From positions 83,118 through 147,117 of the forward strand of contig DASTXL010000002.1 in the NCBI GenBank assembly GCA_035758565.1: a DNA stretch of 64,000 nt, given 5' to 3'. The first letter of the stretch is position 1. Every line of letters begins with the position of its first letter. The notes beneath the pieces were generated by a model. That model saw nothing but the letters and a program-made list of their open reading frames with translations. It ran no database searches and was not told where the DNA came from. The position numbers were made by a program, and so were the translations under genes. Below, piece after piece: positions 34,966 to 45,392 of this stretch. This DNA comes from Candidatus Saccharimonadales bacterium. GTDB taxonomy: Bacteria; Patescibacteriota; Saccharimonadia; Saccharimonadales; UBA10212.

Positions 34966-35571
34966 GTGCTTATGCAACCGCAAAGCCCGAGCGGGCCGAA
35001 CCCGCAGTTCGATTTCATGCTGAAAGATCAAGGTAAGCAGCGCCGCTCCTTACCATCGTTCAGCTTGCCTAAGCCCGTGCTTATTAGCGCCTGCACGGTA
35101 GTCGTAATTATTATCTTAGTTGTTTTATTTTCTTTGCTGTCGGGTTCTAAAAATAAAGATACCAATCAAATCACCAGCCTCATGGCCGAGGCCCAAGAGA
35201 TATCACGGGCCAGCGGTTTAATTAACCAGCAATCCAAAGACGCCAATGTAACCGCTCTAGCTTCGACCGTCAGCACTACGCTTTCTAGCCAACAAGCACA
35301 ACTTAGCAACTACCTTACCTCTACTGGACACAAAGTTGATGCCAAGCTTTTGAGTGCCGATCAGAACACCGGCACAGATACGCTTTTTCAGACAGCGGCT
35401 CAAAACAATAACTTGGCTTCTACTTATAATAATTACCTCAAACAGAACCTGGTCAACTATAAGACAATGCTGGCCAACGAATATAGTTCAACTCCGAGCA
35501 AGACTCTCAAAGATATTCTAAATAACGCTGCCGGTAGCGTTAACGCCATTTTAAGTTCTCTTAATTCTTAA
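34966..35571 (+). CDS. Membrane-anchored hypothetical protein
   Basis: A single N-terminal TM (VLISACTVVVIIILVVLFSLL) followed by a Gln/Asn/Ser/Thr-rich ectodomain. Confidence 0.5.
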   Translation: MLMQPQSPSGPNPQFDFMLKDQGKQRRSLPSFSLPKPVLISACTVVVIIILVVLFSLLSGSKNKDTNQITSLMAEAQEISRASGLINQQSKDANVTALASTVSTTLSSQQAQLSNYLTSTGHKVDAKLLSADQNTGTDTLFQTAAQNNNLASTYNNYLKQNLVNYKTMLANEYSSTPSKTLKDILNNAAGSVNAILSSLNS

Positions 35572-35881
35572 CTAGCTCGTAGGAGTGACGGATTAGGTCT
35601 TTGACCTCGTCATCGGCTAGTTGGCCGGTTAGAATAATGGTGTTCCAGTGCTTTTTATTTAGGTGGTAGCCCGACATCACGGTTTCATAACGTTCGCGCA
35701 GAATTTCAGCTAATTTAGGGTCGCACTTTAGGCTCAGACGCAAAGGGTCGCTGCCTTCGGCAATCAGCGCAAACATCTTATCGTTCAGCTTATAAACTGC
35801 CGTACCTTCGCCGAACGGATAGTCTAGCTTAGCGCCCGACAAACTTAAAATATAATCTTCTACCTCTTTATGGGTTTTCAC
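35561..35881 (-). CDS. MmcQ/YjbR-family protein
   Basis: LDYPFGEGTAVYKLNDKMFALI and HLNKKHWNTI motifs typical of the YjbR family. Confidence 0.7.
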   Translation of the reverse strand: MKTHKEVEDYILSLSGAKLDYPFGEGTAVYKLNDKMFALIAEGSDPLRLSLKCDPKLAEILRERYETVMSGYHLNKKHWNTIILTGQLADDEVKDLIRHSYELVKN

Positions 35882-35969
35882 ACCTCAATTTTATCAGACC
35901 AAAAATTTGACAATTGCGCGCTTAAAGGCGTTAATTAAAGCAATAATTTAGTGTTTTGGGAGATTTAAG

Positions 35970-38900
35970 ATGCGCGAGCGGCTTGTTAGGGTGGCTAAAC
36001 AAACATCAAAAAGGTTCTTAACACTAACGGCGGCTACGATTATGGCCTTTTCTGGCCTGGCTTTGGCCAGTCCGATGTTCTTCACTGGCAACGTTGCGGC
36101 CGCTGGCGGCATCCTTTTGCTAAACGAGATTTTTCCCAGCCCGGATCTGAACAGTCAAAGTGAATGGGTAGAAGTTTATAACCCCGGCAGTACCAGTGTC
36201 AGCACCAGCGGCTGGAACATTTCTTCATCCGGCCACGATTTTAGCGGTAGTGGTAATGTAAGCAACAATTGTTCCGACACTGTTCCGGCCTACGGCTACT
36301 GTGTTTTTACTGATAACTCCCAGGTCAGTGCCCAGCAACTGCTCGCCAACGGCGGCGACACAGTTACGCTGACTAATGGGGTTAATAGCGACTCCGTAAC
36401 CTACCCTTCTATAAGCAGTAGCTCTGATATGAGCTACGCTCGGACCGTGAACGGCGCAGGTAGCTGGACTTCGGCCTCTCCAAGCGAAGGAACCAGTAAC
36501 GATCCTGCCGACAACTTGAGCGTCTGCGCCAGCAACTGTGACTATACGAGCATTGGCGCTGCTATCTCTGGCGCCCAAGCCGGCACGGACATCTACGTCG
36601 ATCCAGGCACTTACCATGAGAACGTTAACGTTAATAAGGCCGTTACGCTTATGGGTGCGGGCGCAGATAGTACCACGATTGTAGCTACCGACGGCAATTC
36701 TTCGCCGCTAACCTTCAGCGGCAACGGCGCCACTGTCAGCGGCTTTACTATCACCCACGACTACACTGACTCTGAGCTGGCCGCCTGGAACTTTAACAAT
36801 AACGGCGTGACTTTCGGCCAATTGACCCACGACAACACTCTTGAGAATTCAACAGTCACTCTTAACCGTAACGGTGTCTACCTGAACAATTCAGAAGATA
36901 ACGTAGTGACCCGCAACACCATCACGAACAACCGGACCGGCGTTAACATGACCAACGATCTGGCCGGTACTCAGATAACCGACAATGTAATTTCGGATAA
37001 CTGGACCGAGGGTTTGGTTACCTACGACTCGGGTATTGCCATCAACTATTCCAACGTCACCGTTAGCGGCAACACTTTTGATCAAAACTGGTACGAACAA
37101 ATCACTGTCAAAAATACGAGTCTCTCCAGCGGCACTCTTGACGTTAGCGGCAACACTTTCAGCGACAGTCCGGTCACTTACACGACTTCTTCCAGCTCCA
37201 GCTTGGACGAGCCGGGATTTGCCGCTCAGCAGCCGGTAAGCCTAGGCGGTACGGCTACCAAGCCTGCTCAAAGTCTGCCTACCCTGCGCATCTTTAACGG
37301 CGGCAACGTCAGCCTAGGCTACAGTGGCAAGACTTTGAAGGTTGGCGCGGACGAACCTTACACCACTATTCAATCAGCCGTTAACGACGCTTCGGCCGGC
37401 GACACGATTGCCGTTGATGCCGGAACCTACAATGAGTCACCGACTATTAATAAGTCGCTGACCCTGACCGGCGCCCAAGCCGGCGTAGCTGGCTCTAGCC
37501 ACAGCGGCAATGAATCAACGGTTAACCGTTTCTATGTCACTGCCGGCGGTGTTACCGTCAACGGTTTTAGCTTCAACGGCACCAGCACCAGCGGCCAGCT
37601 TCAGGTCTTGTCGGCCTCTACTTTGTCAGGAATTGTCGTCGAGAATAATGTCTTCAGCGGATATAGCAATGTTGCTCTGCCAACCAATGGTGCCGGTAAT
37701 ATTGTAATTAAGCAAAACCTGTTCACCTCTCCGGGCGCTCCAGCTGAGGCTATCCAGATCAAGCCATACAGCAACCAGAACGTCATTAATCAGCACGACT
37801 GTAACGGCACCCAGGTCTTAAACAACGTATTTACCAACGCCACAACCAACGGCGCGGCCGATATCAACTTTTCCTGCACCGGCAGTAATTCGTCTAATGT
37901 TACCGTGTCGGGCAATACCAGCACTAACCCAACCGACCCTAACGGCCCGAACATGGTAGCCTTCTCGGGTGTCACGGACGGGATTGTGGTAAGCAACAAC
38001 ACGGCAAGCACCAGCGGTTCACAAGTACTCTTCTTCGGCAGCGTCAGCGGCACGGCTTCGATTACCGGCAATACCTTCACGAATGGTGGCGGGAAGGCCG
38101 TTTCCATCCATGGCGGCGACCATTATGCCGGCGTAAATGACAGCTCCAACACTGGTACGTTTACAATTACGGGCAATACCTTCAGCGGCAACGCTTACGG
38201 CGTATACGTACAAAGTGGCTCCCTCAGCGGCAGTGGTTCAGTCGACGCCTCACACAACTACTGGGGCACGGCCGTAGCTTCAACCATAGAAGGCGAGAAC
38301 ACCAGCGGTGTCACCGTTTCGCCATACTATGTTGATCACTTAAACGGCACTTTAAGTTCGGTAGTGCCTACCACGGTTTACGTTAACCAAACCGGTCACA
38401 TCCCCGGCTACGACGAATTCTCTACCATCAGCGAAGCCGTCAATGCTGTCGCCAGCGGCGGTACCGTCAACGTCGGCGCCGGCAACTACACTGAAAGTTC
38501 ACTTACACTTGCTAAGCCGCTGAACCTGTTCGGACCAAACAAGGACGCTAATCCGAATACCGACACCCGCGTCAGCGAAGCGACAGTGACCGGCCACATC
38601 CTGGTCACTTCCAGCAATGTTGAAATCAAAGGTCTAACTCTTACCGATCCAAACTATTCTGGCGTCAGTATTGAAGCCGTCCAGGTCTACGGTTCCGGTT
38701 CGCTAGTTAGCAACGTGACTGTCCAAAACAACATTTTTACCAGCATTGAAAACAGCGCGGCTCACGGCGCTTACGGCGTCATGGTTCAGGGCAACGTCAA
38801 GACTATCGAGGTCTACGCCAACAAATTTAGCGGCATCAACGCTACTACTAGCGGCGGCTGGGCCCACGCTATCGAAGTTTCTCCCACCAGCTCCAATGGC

Positions 38901-40031
38901 AGCATTCCGCAAGATGTTAGGGTTATTGGCAACAGCTTCTCGAACATTACCAACGTTGGTAATTCGGATGCTTACGCCTTCAGCGTCGATAGTACTACCT
39001 ACGGCGGCCAAACAGTTTACGCTGATGCCTCGCAGATTCTACCGTTTGCCGGCAACAGCCTGGCTGGCCTAAAGGTTCGCAACCTTGACCCCAACCATAC
39101 CTTAGATCTAACCGACAACTGGTGGGGCAATGTCTTGGGCGCTAGCAGCAGCCAATACAGCGGCGCCGTCGATGTATCGAGCTGGTGCACAGACAGCACC
39201 TGTACTTCCGACCAATCGGCCTCAAGCGGCACTACTACATTGCCGTCAGGTTCACTTGGCACGCCAACCACTTCCGGCAACACTTCCAGCCTTACACTGC
39301 CTTCAACCAACGACGTAACAGCTTCTACTACGACTTCTAGCGGCACGGTTCAAGTTACAATTCCAGCCGGTATCACTATTAGCGCTCCGGCTAGCAGTAA
39401 CTGGGATGGCACTATTACCGCCCCGACCGTCACAACTGTTCAACTGGGTTCTACTAAAACTGTCTCGCTAGCCATCCAAGTTGGCGCTTCTGGAGTAGAT
39501 TTGACATTCGATAAGGCCGTTCGCTTGGTTCTGCCCGGCCAGGCTGGCCAATCAGTCGGCTTTGTTAACGCCGAAGGCGTCTTTAGCACCATCGACGCTT
39601 GTGTAGCTGGCGACGACCAGAACGCTCAGGACACAGCCTTACTCGCGGGCGGTGATTGTTATCTGACTTCCGGCAGCGACTTAGTAGTTTGGACCAAGCA
39701 CTTCACTACCTTTGTTGCCTATACGCCTGCACCGCAGAGTTCTAACGGCAACTCTTCTAGTGCCACAACCACTTCCGCCTCAACCACTGGCTCCCAAGCC
39801 AGCAATGGCTCTGGTGCCGGCGAAGTGCAAGGACAAAATACCTCAGCTACCAGCGGCAAAACTTCAAGCACCAACGTTAAGACACCAGCTGCCAACGCTA
39901 GCCAGCCTAAGGTTGCCGCCAAAGAAGCCGGCGGCATCCGCTGGTATTGGTGGGTCATCGTTGCCCTAGTTGCTCTAGCAGCTATCGGCTTTGGTGTTTA
40001 CCGTTACGCCGACGGCACTGACAAAAATTAA
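35970..40031 (+). CDS. Giant surface protein: signal/TM, lamin-tail (LTD) domain, three right-handed beta-helix modules, Ser/Thr-rich stalk, C-terminal TM anchor
   Basis: The LTD-like segment is LLLNEIFPSPDLNSQSEWVEVYNPGSTSVSTSGWNI...YCVF. Three beta-helix entry motifs follow: YTSIGAAISGAQAGTDIYVDPGTYHENV, YTTIQSAVNDASAGDTIAVDAGTYNESP and FSTISEAVNAVASGGTVNVGAGNYTESS. The C-terminal anchor is WYWWVIVALVALAAIGFGVYRY. Confidence 0.8.
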   Translation: MRERLVRVAKQTSKRFLTLTAATIMAFSGLALASPMFFTGNVAAAGGILLLNEIFPSPDLNSQSEWVEVYNPGSTSVSTSGWNISSSGHDFSGSGNVSNNCSDTVPAYGYCVFTDNSQVSAQQLLANGGDTVTLTNGVNSDSVTYPSISSSSDMSYARTVNGAGSWTSASPSEGTSNDPADNLSVCASNCDYTSIGAAISGAQAGTDIYVDPGTYHENVNVNKAVTLMGAGADSTTIVATDGNSSPLTFSGNGATVSGFTITHDYTDSELAAWNFNNNGVTFGQLTHDNTLENSTVTLNRNGVYLNNSEDNVVTRNTITNNRTGVNMTNDLAGTQITDNVISDNWTEGLVTYDSGIAINYSNVTVSGNTFDQNWYEQITVKNTSLSSGTLDVSGNTFSDSPVTYTTSSSSSLDEPGFAAQQPVSLGGTATKPAQSLPTLRIFNGGNVSLGYSGKTLKVGADEPYTTIQSAVNDASAGDTIAVDAGTYNESPTINKSLTLTGAQAGVAGSSHSGNESTVNRFYVTAGGVTVNGFSFNGTSTSGQLQVLSASTLSGIVVENNVFSGYSNVALPTNGAGNIVIKQNLFTSPGAPAEAIQIKPYSNQNVINQHDCNGTQVLNNVFTNATTNGAADINFSCTGSNSSNVTVSGNTSTNPTDPNGPNMVAFSGVTDGIVVSNNTASTSGSQVLFFGSVSGTASITGNTFTNGGGKAVSIHGGDHYAGVNDSSNTGTFTITGNTFSGNAYGVYVQSGSLSGSGSVDASHNYWGTAVASTIEGENTSGVTVSPYYVDHLNGTLSSVVPTTVYVNQTGHIPGYDEFSTISEAVNAVASGGTVNVGAGNYTESSLTLAKPLNLFGPNKDANPNTDTRVSEATVTGHILVTSSNVEIKGLTLTDPNYSGVSIEAVQVYGSGSLVSNVTVQNNIFTSIENSAAHGAYGVMVQGNVKTIEVYANKFSGINATTSGGWAHAIEVSPTSSNGSIPQDVRVIGNSFSNITNVGNSDAYAFSVDSTTYGGQTVYADASQILPFAGNSLAGLKVRNLDPNHTLDLTDNWWGNVLGASSSQYSGAVDVSSWCTDSTCTSDQSASSGTTTLPSGSLGTPTTSGNTSSLTLPSTNDVTASTTTSSGTVQVTIPAGITISAPASSNWDGTITAPTVTTVQLGSTKTVSLAIQVGASGVDLTFDKAVRLVLPGQAGQSVGFVNAEGVFSTIDACVAGDDQNAQDTALLAGGDCYLTSGSDLVVWTKHFTTFVAYTPAPQSSNGNSSSATTTSASTTGSQASNGSGAGEVQGQNTSATSGKTSSTNVKTPAANASQPKVAAKEAGGIRWYWWVIVALVALAAIGFGVYRYADGTDKN

Positions 40032-40046
40032 CACACCCTAAAAATG

Positions 40047-40081
40047 AATAAACTCCGGAGTTAGTATCTCCGGAGTTTATT
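40047..40081. terminator. Bidirectional intrinsic terminator between convergent genes
   Basis: AATAAACTCCGGAG (40047-40060), loop TTAGTAT, CTCCGGAGTTTATT (40068-40081). The 14-bp perfect stem has A/T runs on both sides. Confidence 0.75.
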
Positions 40082-40097
40082 TTTATGCTACCTATGA

Positions 40098-40682
40098 TTA
40101 GGCTTTGGAGCGCGCGGCCGCTAGGGTGTCAGCGTACCACTTTAGTGTCTGGCTTTGGGCCCTTAGGCTGACTTGCGGACCATAGGGCTTGTCGCGCAGC
40201 TCTTCTTTTAGTACGCCCTCTTCGTCAATAGCGTCACCAACTCGGTCGCTAAAGAATACGGCCTGCGGGATACTCACGGCGCCAACCCCCGGCAAGGCCA
40301 TGCGTAAGTTGGCTACCGCTTGTGCGCCACCGGCGGAACCGTGGGCTACCAAGGCTACTGGCTTATTCTCCATTTGATAGTCAAGAAAATCTAAGGCGTT
40401 CTTTAGAACCGCTGATGTTGAGCGGTTGTATTCTGGTGTTACTAAAACGTATCCGTCGAATTCTGCTATCTTGTCCAGCCACGTCTTAACCTCCGGCTTC
40501 GGTTGGCGTTCTGGGTTATACCGAGGACTTACTGCCTCGTCAAAAAAAGGCAGCGGATAATCTCTGAGGTCAAGGGTCTCAACTTTAGCTATTTTAGAAA
40601 CTTCCTTGGCTACCCAAGCGGCTAACTTATCTGTTTGGCGGCCTTCACGAGTACTACCAACAATTACGGCAATTTTTGTCAT
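40098..40682 (-). CDS. NADPH-dependent FMN reductase family protein
   Basis: KIAVIVGSTREGRQT N-terminus and the PEYNRS motif. Confidence 0.8.
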   Translation of the reverse strand: MTKIAVIVGSTREGRQTDKLAAWVAKEVSKIAKVETLDLRDYPLPFFDEAVSPRYNPERQPKPEVKTWLDKIAEFDGYVLVTPEYNRSTSAVLKNALDFLDYQMENKPVALVAHGSAGGAQAVANLRMALPGVGAVSIPQAVFFSDRVGDAIDEEGVLKEELRDKPYGPQVSLRAQSQTLKWYADTLAAARSKA

Positions 40683-40752
40683 TTATTCTCCTTGGTTTGG
40701 TGCTATACTTTTTATAGTTAAATATTAAATCCATTACTATATTTTGTAAAGT

Positions 40753-41091
40753 ATGAAAAGTTTATCAAGAACCAAATCTCTCGAACCTCACGCCGGCTGT
40801 ATTGCCAGCGCCATGGAGATAATTGGTAACAAGTGGACTGCTTTGATTTTGAGAGACCTAGCCAGCGGCTCAAAGCGCTTCAGCGAACTCGAGAAATCCG
40901 TTGGCAAAATTAATCCCCGCACTCTTTCTCAGCGACTAGACGACCTCGAGGTGCATAAAATTGTCACTAAAAAATCTTATGCCGAGGTTCCGCCACGAAT
41001 TGAATATACGCTGACCAAAAAAGGTGAGGATCTGGTGCCGGTTCTAGAGCAAATGGCCGCGTGGGGCACGCGCTACTACCACGCCGGCTAG
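40753..41091 (+). CDS. HxlR-family winged-helix transcriptional regulator
   Basis: [14 protein letters not shown]...[28 protein letters not shown]...PPRIEYTLT. It is divergent from the FMN reductase gene. Confidence 0.85.
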   Translation: MKSLSRTKSLEPHAGCIASAMEIIGNKWTALILRDLASGSKRFSELEKSVGKINPRTLSQRLDDLEVHKIVTKKSYAEVPPRIEYTLTKKGEDLVPVLEQMAAWGTRYYHAG

Positions 41092-41489
41092 TTCTTAGGT
41101 TTAAATTCTAAACTGGCCGAATTTATACAATAATGCTGGCCACTTGGGCTGCTAGAATCGTCAAATAAGTGCCCAAGGTGACTGCCGCAATTAGCGCAAA
41201 TAACCTCGGTACGATGCATGCCATGACTACTATCTTCTAGCAGTTTAACAGCATCACTTCGGACCACGTCGGCAAAGCTTGGCCACCCAGCTAACCCTGG
41301 AATATCCGACTCATACTTGGATTCGCTACTAAACAGCTCGGCACCGCAAACCGGGCAGACATACATCCCTTTTTCTTCATTGTTCAAAAGTTCGCCGCTG
41401 AACGGTGCTTCCGTACCCTTCTCCCTCAGGATGTGGTACTGTTCCGGTGTTAACCTTTTTTTAATCTCTTCTTCACTAAGTTGGGCCAT
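41088..41489 (-). CDS. msrB: Peptide-methionine (R)-S-oxide reductase
   Basis: CPVCGAELF and [14 protein letters not shown] zinc motifs, with the catalytic region HYCINS. Confidence 0.95.
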   Translation of the reverse strand: MAQLSEEEIKKRLTPEQYHILREKGTEAPFSGELLNNEEKGMYVCPVCGAELFSSESKYESDIPGLAGWPSFADVVRSDAVKLLEDSSHGMHRTEVICANCGSHLGHLFDDSSSPSGQHYCINSASLEFKPKN

Positions 41490-43181
41490 CTACATCCTTT
41501 CTGGAGCTTCAATACCCAGTAAGTTTAGTCCGCCTTTTAGAGTTTGGCTGTAAAGTTCCACCAATTTTAGGCGCACCTCTTCGCGCGGATCATCAATGAT
41601 CCGGCTTTTTTCATAAAAACTATTAAATTCCTGAGCTAGCTCATAAAGATAAGTACAAACGTGGTGCGGCATCAGCTCTTCAGTTGCTTTCGCTACGACT
41701 TCTTGGTATTCGCCAATTTTGCGTAGTAAGCTTCTTTCGGGTACGTCCAGGTCTAGGCTTTTAGCAGGTTGTTTATCCGCCTTAGACAGAATGCTTTTCG
41801 CCCGGGCGTGAGCGTACTGTAAATAAGGTCCCGAATTTCCTTCAATGCTTACCGACTCGGCCGGGTCGTAGATAATATCGCCGCCCATGCGCTGTTTCAA
41901 GAAAGCATACTTAACAGCTCCCAACGTGACCTGCTCGTCGTCCTTGCCGGTTAGTTCGCGGTTAGCAGCAGCGGCAAACTGAATCACATCAGTGGCACCC
42001 AGGATATTACCCAGCCGGCTGCTCATTTTCACGCCGCCGGACAGCTTGACGATCCCATGAGTTACGTGAGTAGTGCGTCGGCTTAAGTCCGGCGCAAACT
42101 GCTCGATACTTTTAAGTACGACTTTCATATACTCAATAATGTCATTCCCGGTAATTACCACCGAGCGGTCAAACTTATAATCATTCCACTTGGCCATGAT
42201 TAGACCGACGTCTTTCGCTTCGTAAGTCGGCAGCCCCTGAGAGTTTATAAACACGCGGGTGTGGAGACCATATTTTTCACCCGGGAAAACTATCGCGCCG
42301 TTGCTTTCCTCATAAACGTCGCCGATATGCTCCTGGACGGTCTTAACCCCCAGTGGTGCCGTCTGGCTTTCCGGATAATACTTTTCAAAGCGGCTGCCTA
42401 TGAAACGATAAAACTCATCAAAATATTGATAGCTCCATTCCCTGCAATTCCAATAAATCTGCGCGAAGGGCGATTCGTGGTCGTCCAGCTCATGCACCTG
42501 GTAAACGCGCTTGTTGTAGTCGATAATCTGTTGCTTAGCCTTCTCGTCGGTTTCGTAGGCGTTGTTACCTTCAACGTAGCGCTTAGTTATAAAAGCTATT
42601 CGGGCCGACAATTCTTGTTCGGCCAATCTTTGGATTTCACTTAGAGCCCGGCCCTCGTTGAGCTCGCCGTCCGAACAATGCCCGACAATTGCCCACATGG
42701 TCTTACCTACATGTAAGCCAACGTCACCGCCGAAGTTAACGCGGTGCACCTTGGCGCCGGCGTTCTCAAGTAAATTAGCGACGGCATCACCCATGATTGA
42801 GGTGTAAAGATGTGCGGCGTGCAAAACTTTAAAGGGATTCGGATCAGAGTACTCGGCAACTATTGTTTGGCCGGCAAGCGGCTTGGCCGGTTCAGCCTCC
42901 ACAATGGTCCAGAGAGCCTCTTGAGTCAGCGTAATATTGATAAAACCCGGCCCAGCCGGCATAGCGGTATGGATTTTTTTGTAGTCGCCGCCATTTAACT
43001 TGTCTGAAAGTTCTTGGGCAATATCACGAGGGTTTTTGCCGAGCCTGCCGGCCAGCTGTAAGGCTACGTTGCTGGCATAGTCGCCGAATTGGCCGTCGCT
43101 CATTTCTACCGAGGGTTTGACTTCGATTTTATATAAGTCCCGGCAAAGCTTGGCTAAATCCTCTTGAAGCTCATTTATCAT
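41490..43181 (-). CDS. argS: Arginine--tRNA ligase
   Basis: Class I layout with the HIGH-region variant (KVLHAAHLYT), a DALR anticodon-binding domain and a terminal Met typical of ArgRS. Confidence 0.95.
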   Translation of the reverse strand: MINELQEDLAKLCRDLYKIEVKPSVEMSDGQFGDYASNVALQLAGRLGKNPRDIAQELSDKLNGGDYKKIHTAMPAGPGFINITLTQEALWTIVEAEPAKPLAGQTIVAEYSDPNPFKVLHAAHLYTSIMGDAVANLLENAGAKVHRVNFGGDVGLHVGKTMWAIVGHCSDGELNEGRALSEIQRLAEQELSARIAFITKRYVEGNNAYETDEKAKQQIIDYNKRVYQVHELDDHESPFAQIYWNCREWSYQYFDEFYRFIGSRFEKYYPESQTAPLGVKTVQEHIGDVYEESNGAIVFPGEKYGLHTRVFINSQGLPTYEAKDVGLIMAKWNDYKFDRSVVITGNDIIEYMKVVLKSIEQFAPDLSRRTTHVTHGIVKLSGGVKMSSRLGNILGATDVIQFAAAANRELTGKDDEQVTLGAVKYAFLKQRMGGDIIYDPAESVSIEGNSGPYLQYAHARAKSILSKADKQPAKSLDLDVPERSLLRKIGEYQEVVAKATEELMPHHVCTYLYELAQEFNSFYEKSRIIDDPREEVRLKLVELYSQTLKGGLNLLGIEAPERM

Positions 43182-43198
43182 CTCTTTAAATATAAAGC

Positions 43199-43879
43199 CT
43201 AGCGGTCGCTTTTAGAAGCTTTGAAGACCATCAAACCTTGCCAAAATGCCAGATAGCTAACGCTTAAAAGCACAAAGAATAAGCCGGTCATGTCTAGAGC
43301 ATGAGGGTTACCCAGCGGATCTGTCACGCGGTCGGACACGTTAATAATTAAGCCGCTAGTATTGCTCACCAGGTCCCAGCTGCTCCAGCGCAAAACTCGC
43401 CCCATATAAATAGCGAAGCTGGAGAGCAAAATGACGAGCTCTATCAAAAGCCAGCTTTTCTCTTTTGAAAGGCGCTTCAAAAACTCCCGGTGCAGTAAAT
43501 AAAGACTAGTGAACCCCAGTACAAAGCCATTGAGCACTAATGTACTGATTAAAACAATATCGAAAAGTTCGCTTATCTCGCCGGTTGGGTAAACATGAAT
43601 AAAGTCCGTCAATACATACCAGGTATTCGGTAAAAAGAACAGCCAAGCGAGGCTCAAAAGAACATTCTGCCAAGATAGCCAGCGCCTGATTCTTAGCTGC
43701 TCGCACAAAATCCAGCCGAACCCTAGACCAACCCAAGCCAGAGCCAAGTTCTCGGGTATAAACCAATAGCGTGTAGTGCCGGTGACCGCGGCACGGTAGC
43801 AAAGCAGGCCAATACATAGCAGGCTGAGCAGCCCCATTGACGCTATATAATGCTTAATTGCCTCACTTCTTAAGCTCAT
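43199..43879 (-). CDS. DUF1361-like polytopic membrane protein
   Basis: NLALAWV, FLPNTWYVLTDFIH and GRVLRWSSWD motifs match my recollection of DUF1361. Confidence 0.6.
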   Translation of the reverse strand: MSLRSEAIKHYIASMGLLSLLCIGLLCYRAAVTGTTRYWFIPENLALAWVGLGFGWILCEQLRIRRWLSWQNVLLSLAWLFFLPNTWYVLTDFIHVYPTGEISELFDIVLISTLVLNGFVLGFTSLYLLHREFLKRLSKEKSWLLIELVILLSSFAIYMGRVLRWSSWDLVSNTSGLIINVSDRVTDPLGNPHALDMTGLFFVLLSVSYLAFWQGLMVFKASKSDR

Positions 43880-43905
43880 AGGCTAATTATACTAAACGCG
43901 CGCCT

Positions 43906-44580
43906 TTAAGCACTGAATTGGACCAGCCAATTGGGACTGTCCAAAAAGTGTTCTATGCGGAATTGAAACTCTTTGAGTGCCTGCTCGCGGGCGGCATCAT
44001 CCATACCAAGCACATTCATAGCAGCGAACGGCTCATGAACGTTAAAACCACAAAAAGCCAACGTGCCGTAGTTTATAGGGTGCAAGAACTGGTTAATACT
44101 GGCTTTGTGCTCGCTGGTAGACTGATAATATTCCGCCGGATGCCCAACGCTCACAACCAACATTGCCTGCTTGCCGCGCAACAAACCTTTTTCATAAAAT
44201 TGGCCACCGTCCCAGGCAAAGCCCATGGCCAATACCCGATCAAACCAGCCTTTCAAGATAGCCGGCACCGAATGCCACCATAGCGGTGCCACGAAAATTA
44301 CAAAATCAGCAACTTGAACCTTATTAATCTCGGCGCTAATATCCGGCGCAAAGGCATTGCCGAGGCCGGCGGCGTGTTTTTGTTCGAGCATATAGTTAAA
44401 ATGCCCTCCGCTGGTAGTTACAAAATCCCATTTTTGCGCGGAGGGGTTAAACCCAGAGCCATACAGATCGCTAATGGTAACGGTGTGGCCCTGACGGGCC
44501 AAGACTTCGGTAGCCAAGTTCTTCATGGCCGCCGTGAAGCTGCTTGGCTCGTTATGCGCATAAACGATTAATATATTCAC
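43906..44580 (-). CDS. Flavodoxin-like-fold NAD(P)H dehydrogenase (quinone)
   Basis: MNILIVYAHNEPSSFT N-terminus and LWWHSVPAILKGWFDRV motif. Confidence 0.75.
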   Translation of the reverse strand: MNILIVYAHNEPSSFTAAMKNLATEVLARQGHTVTISDLYGSGFNPSAQKWDFVTTSGGHFNYMLEQKHAAGLGNAFAPDISAEINKVQVADFVIFVAPLWWHSVPAILKGWFDRVLAMGFAWDGGQFYEKGLLRGKQAMLVVSVGHPAEYYQSTSEHKASINQFLHPINYGTLAFCGFNVHEPFAAMNVLGMDDAAREQALKEFQFRIEHFLDSPNWLVQFSA

Positions 44581-44678
44581 TCCACCCCCTAATATTCTTA
44601 CGCTTATTTTAGCTTAAATGCGTAGGGCTCCCAAGCATTGAAAATAAAGCTTGGGATAAAAGCCAGGCTGTACAAAAA

Positions 44679-45119
44679 CTAAGCGAAAGAGCCAACTGGC
44701 CGCACCATTTGGTCGCTCATCCTAAAAATCATCTGGCTGATTCGCCAAGTACCGTTAGAGCCTTTGACCAAAATGTAATCAATAGTGCCGCGAACGGTCC
44801 AAACATAGCGATCGCCGTGATCGGCTACGTAGTGCATGTTCTCTACCTGAGTCGTAACTTTAGCGCGGCGTGAGTTAAGCATGCGAACAGCCAGTTTTTT
44901 GATGAAGTGCCGGGTGGCGTAAAAGTAACTGCCGATCTCTCGGCGCCAGCCATCCACCAGCCTGTGCTTAGGGATTATCGCCGGCATCTCGCCGGTCATG
45001 GCCTTGTTATCGATGAATGGATTTTTAACAAAAAACTCTTCTAGTTGCCGCCACTGCTTCATGTCCTGAAGCATAGCAACGCTCTGCACAATATCTTTTA
45101 TTTGCTCTTTGTCGCTCAT
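44679..45119 (-). CDS. NTF2/SnoaL-like fold protein
   Basis: Size and pattern fit (DIVQSVAMLQDMKQWRQLEEFF ... WRISQM). Weak, pattern-level only. Confidence 0.45.
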   Translation of the reverse strand: MSDKEQIKDIVQSVAMLQDMKQWRQLEEFFVKNPFIDNKAMTGEMPAIIPKHRLVDGWRREIGSYFYATRHFIKKLAVRMLNSRRAKVTTQVENMHYVADHGDRYVWTVRGTIDYILVKGSNGTWRISQMIFRMSDQMVRPVGSFA

Positions 45120-45374
45120 TTAATGCCCCCTTTTGTTTGCTACCTTCGTTAATGCTAACGAGTAACACTGAAAATAAGCTAAATGCTATTTTGGTAGCGG
45201 TTAAAATTTTAACTGCTACTGCTTATTATTTTATCACCAGCAAAAATCACTTGCCTCTCCCACCGCTTGGCTTGAGGATAAGCCAAGCGGAAGAGCAGCG
45301 ATAATAAAAACCTTGCTGAAATTGTGCTACTCGTTCGCGCAATTTCCGAGCAAGGCTAGGATTAGATTGATGCG

Positions 45375-45392
45375 TGGCGGAAGGGGCGGGAT
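45375..45392 (-). repeat. Exact 18-nt copy of the 3' end of tRNA-Ser(GGA)
   Basis: TGGCGGAAGGGGCGGGAT at 45375-45392 is identical to 45543-45560 (the tRNA 3' end including CCA), 168 bp apart in direct orientation. Confidence 0.85.

Noticed and set aside
36225-39958. Numerous antisense or alternative-frame ORFs inside the 1353-aa surface protein gene
   Set aside because: They are nested within a long ORF with clear repeated domain motifs. Their existence reflects the Gly/Ala/Thr/Ser-rich codon composition of the sense frame.
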